A stretch of 19,105 nucleotides of DNA from Promethearchaeota archaeon. Its GTDB lineage: Archaea > Asgardarchaeota > Lokiarchaeia > Sigyniarchaeales > SOKP01. Positions 16,306-19,105 of the stretch are shown here, one piece after another (the first letter of the stretch is position 1; each line of letters begins with the position of its first letter). Under the pieces are notes generated by a model. That model was not told the origin of the DNA. It ran no database searches and was given only the letters and a program-made list of their open reading frames with translations. Location: assembly GCA_048938445.1 (NCBI GenBank), contig JBHLME010000086.1:1-19105 (forward strand). The letters run 5' to 3'. Position numbers and translations under genes: made by a program.

Positions 16306-16962
16306 TTAAGATCTTAACCATTTATCGATAATTTCAGCACCTTGCAATGCATCAACGGCATATGCATCTGCGTTAGTTTCTTCCATCATTTCTGCAGATG
16401 CTGCAGCTCCTCCTAAAATAACCTTCACCTTATTAGCTAAGTCTCCATTTTTTAATAGACTCATTGCTCTTTTTATTGCGGGTTCAGCAGAAGAAAGAAG
16501 ATAAGATATACCTACAACTTTTACGTCCTCTTTACAAGCAGCTTCTTTAAACTTTTCAGGTGGAATGTCCACTCCAAGGTCAATTATATCCATCCCATAG
16601 GACCTCATGATTGCAATTATTATACTTTTACCTAAATTATGAATATCTCCTTGGATCGTACCAATAACAACTTTTCCAGAGTAATTTCGAGATTCTGCTA
16701 ATTTTTTACGCTCATCTTCATCAATAGATACCAATTCTCCATCTAGAGCTTCTGCTGCTAAAATAAGCCCCATTTCTCCAGATTCTTCAAGACCTTTTAA
16801 AACTCCTTGCCTAATAATATCTACTGTTGAGATACCAGCTTGAATTGCTTGTTTTATTGTGAGTTTCATCGAATAAAAGTCAAGTGAATTTACAGCTTCA
16901 ACTATTTTCTTGATATGAATATCCTCCTCTTCAACTTCACTCTTTATTATTACTTTTTCCAT
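16306..16962 (-). CDS. Methyltransferase-type corrinoid protein (MtaC/MttC-like: helical cap + B12-binding domain)
   Basis: 'GKVVIGTIQGDIHNLGKSII' (DxHxxG), 'DLGVDIPPEKF', 'VGISYLL', 'VILGGAA', 'ADAYAVDA'. Confidence 0.92.
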   Translation of the reverse strand: MEKVIIKSEVEEEDIHIKKIVEAVNSLDFYSMKLTIKQAIQAGISTVDIIRQGVLKGLEESGEMGLILAAEALDGELVSIDEDERKKLAESRNYSGKVVIGTIQGDIHNLGKSIIIAIMRSYGMDIIDLGVDIPPEKFKEAACKEDVKVVGISYLLSSAEPAIKRAMSLLKNGDLANKVKVILGGAAASAEMMEETNADAYAVDALQGAEIIDKWLRS

Positions 16963-16972
16963 CGCAATAAAT

Positions 16973-16979
16973 ACCTCCT
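16973..16979 (-). promoter_or_regulatory. Shine-Dalgarno site of the corrinoid protein gene
   Basis: AGGAGGT on the minus strand, 10 nt upstream of ATG 16962. The 36-bp gap to the upstream gene suggests co-transcription. Confidence 0.75.
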
Positions 16980-16998
16980 AAAATATTGAAAAAAACTT

Positions 16999-17784
16999 TT
17001 AAACTACTAAAACAATACCATGCCAGCCAACATAAGGAACTCCTTTTTCTGAATGTTCAGGATTAATAACATATGGCGGTTTTTCTCCACATTTAAGAAT
17101 TGTAGCAAATACATCTACTCCACAAGCTTCTAATGCTGGTCTGGCTCTTAAATACTGCCGACACATCTCTCCTTCAAGTGCAGGACATGCTGGAAGTTTC
17201 TTTTGTTCCATTAAACCTTTAATGTATTCGGGAGATAGAAATCCACAGCCTAAACAAGGTCCACCTTTAAAACCCATCGCAAGATAATAACCTAAATAAG
17301 TTGCTTCCGCTTCGATTAATGAAACCATTTTATTTAACATGTCCACATCTCCATGAACTCCAGTTAAAATGCTTGGAAATATATGATTTTTTACGGGTGG
17401 ATAGACAGTAACTAAAATCGCATGTTTATAACAACTAACAATCTCTGTCATCTCTTCTGTAGTTGGAGAATGGGGAGGACAATTTATTGTCATTCCATAA
17501 CCAAAGCAGATTGGAATTCTACATTTCCATCTAACTCGCGGATCTATTACGATTTTATCAGTAGTTATTAACTTAGCATGACCAGTTGCATCTAATTTTG
17601 ATTCTTCAAGTACATTATTGATGAATTTATTTGATCGCTCAACGAGTTCGTTTATAACCTCCTCCTTATATTCCATTTGTATCGGAGAAGGAGGTCGATT
17701 TCTTTGTTTTGGTAATACCCTCCTCCATTTAAACGATATTTTTGACCATTCTTTATCTACTTCTGGTATATATTTCTGATCCAT
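16999..17784 (-). CDS. DUF2284-like cysteine-rich predicted metal-binding protein
   Basis: 'DPRVRWKCRIPICFGYGMTINCPPHSP', 'GGPCLGC', 'CPALEGEMCRQYLRARPALEACGVDV', C-terminal 'GIVLV'. Confidence 0.85.
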   Translation of the reverse strand: MDQKYIPEVDKEWSKISFKWRRVLPKQRNRPPSPIQMEYKEEVINELVERSNKFINNVLEESKLDATGHAKLITTDKIVIDPRVRWKCRIPICFGYGMTINCPPHSPTTEEMTEIVSCYKHAILVTVYPPVKNHIFPSILTGVHGDVDMLNKMVSLIEAEATYLGYYLAMGFKGGPCLGCGFLSPEYIKGLMEQKKLPACPALEGEMCRQYLRARPALEACGVDVFATILKCGEKPPYVINPEHSEKGVPYVGWHGIVLVV

Positions 17785-18257
17785 TTATTATTCACTCAGT
17801 TTCAACTTTTTTTTTACTTAGACATACATTTATTTATTAAAAGGTTATTTGAGTATTACTCCCGTAATCAACACTTTATGGTAGTAAAACGACTATAATT
17901 ATACTTTAAACAATTATAATTTATAAAATTTATTCTTTTTTTACTCTCGTAATAAATAATTTAGGGGTATACATTAAATAATTTTAATTATTTAAGATTT
18001 TTATTTCCTTATATTTAGATTTTAAAAGAATTAAAAACCGACTGATGTAAAGATTCTTATTTTAATTGTTAGCTAAAATTCAACTCAGATTATTATATAA
18101 CTACTAAAATATTCGACAATTTCTATGATACAAATACTCTATCAATTCTCTATATATTAATAAAACAACAATTCAAGAAGTGCACCTTAAACCTTTAAAT
18201 ACTGAACAAATTATTTTTAATTATTTACTAACCAAAAGACAATTGAAAGGACTTAAA

Positions 18258-19105
18258 ATGAATAAAAATGAATTTCTAAAAAATAAAAAAGATTTACTAA
18301 AAACTATTTCAATTATTATATTATTAATCTTTATAATATTCTCCAGTTTCTTATCACTTCCTATTTTTTTATGTGGGACATCTGAAGATTTTGATAATAT
18401 AAAAGAGGATGACTTGGAGTTAATATCTATTAAATCTTCAAATGGATATATATTTATCAATAATTTGGATTATAAACATTTAGGCCTGATTAGTTGGGAA
18501 GAAGCTATTGAAGAAGGTATGTGTTTTGGTTCAGGAACGGCGCTTGATCCCTATATTATTGCTAATTTAGTGATTGATGTTAATGGATCAGGAAGTGGGA
18601 TTATTATTACAAATTCAGATTTCTACTTTAGAATAGAGAATTGTACAATTAAAAATTCTGGAACAGGTTCCTATGATGCTGCAATTACATTATTTTATAC
18701 TAATTATGGAGATATCCGCAGAAATAATTTATCAATGAATAATAGAAGTGGAATTGTTTTATACAGATCACATTATAACAACATCGCTGAGAATAATCTA
18801 AGTTGTAATAGATATAGTTTATTTATAAGGTACAGTCAAAATAATACCTTTAGTGATAATTTAATTAGTAATAATATTATAGCATTTGATTTGTATGAAT
18901 GTGATAATAATATTATGTCATCAAATTTTCTCAGTAAAAATATACACGGAATGATGCTATTTGATTCTAATAATAACATAATATTGAAGAATAAAGTAAA
19001 CGAAAGTTATGATGGTTTTATTATATGGAACTCTAAAAAAAATAGGATTATACAAAACAATATTAAATTTAATGATAATTATGGAATACATCTAATAAAT
19101 TCTTC
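18258..19105 (+). CDS. Secreted or membrane-anchored right-handed parallel beta-helix (NosD/CASH-like) repeat protein, 3'-truncated
   Basis: Not in the ORF track because there is no stop in the window. Manual translation from ATG 18258: MNKNEFLKNKKDLLKTISIIILLIFIIFSSFLSLPIFLC (signal/TM) ... GMCFGSGTALDPYIIANLVID ... FRIENCTI ... Asn-rich repeats ('GIVLYRSHYNNIAENNLSCN', 'GMMLFDSNNNIILKNKV'). Confidence 0.88.
   Translation, partial: MNKNEFLKNKKDLLKTISIIILLIFIIFSSFLSLPIFLCGTSEDFDNIKEDDLELISIKSSNGYIFINNLDYKHLGLISWEEAIEEGMCFGSGTALDPYIIANLVIDVNGSGSGIIITNSDFYFRIENCTIKNSGTGSYDAAITLFYTNYGDIRRNNLSMNNRSGIVLYRSHYNNIAENNLSCNRYSLFIRYSQNNTFSDNLISNNIIAFDLYECDNNIMSSNFLSKNIHGMMLFDSNNNIILKNKVNESYDGFIIWNSKKNRIIQNNIKFNDNYGIHLINS

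Noticed and set aside
17785-18257. Cobalamin riboswitch or ncRNA in the long intergenic region
   Set aside because: Very AT-rich with no B12 box or stable stems visible; it fits a divergent promoter region. An Infernal/Rfam scan would be decisive.
18221-18460. 79-aa minus-strand ORF
   Set aside because: Antisense shadow of the plus-strand beta-helix gene starting at 18258.

Overview
This is an AT-rich (roughly 30% GC by eye) prokaryotic chromosomal window. Gene content suggests an Asgard archaeon (Lokiarchaeia/Promethearchaeia-like); this is inferred from the GSGTxxDPYII beta-helix protein, a CxxC..H..H module and a HEAT/winged-helix protein. Left to right it holds: a 5'-truncated FIST protein; a luxE-luxC acyl-reductase pair with no luxD or luxAB in the window; a HEAT + winged-helix + beta-sandwich protein; a split AdoCbl acyl-CoA mutase with non-canonical specificity residues; two hypothetical genes; a MeaB GTPase; a putative nucleotidyltransferase; a minus-strand run of DUF2284, corrinoid protein, RACo activator and acyl-CoA ligase; and a 3'-truncated beta-helix surface protein missed by the ORF track. 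The strongest candidate for a new system is an AbrB/SpoVT-like DNA-binding domain fused to an acyl-CoA ligase that lacks the catalytic A10 lysine. It is preceded by a phased TACTAT/palindrome array whose motifs recur upstream of luxE and meaB, suggesting a pseudo-enzyme one-component regulator. Other candidates are a mutase of apparently new specificity and a corrinoid module with DUF2284 but no recognisable methyltransferase. No rRNA, tRNA, CRISPR array or mobile element was seen. All family calls come from motif recognition, not database searches.
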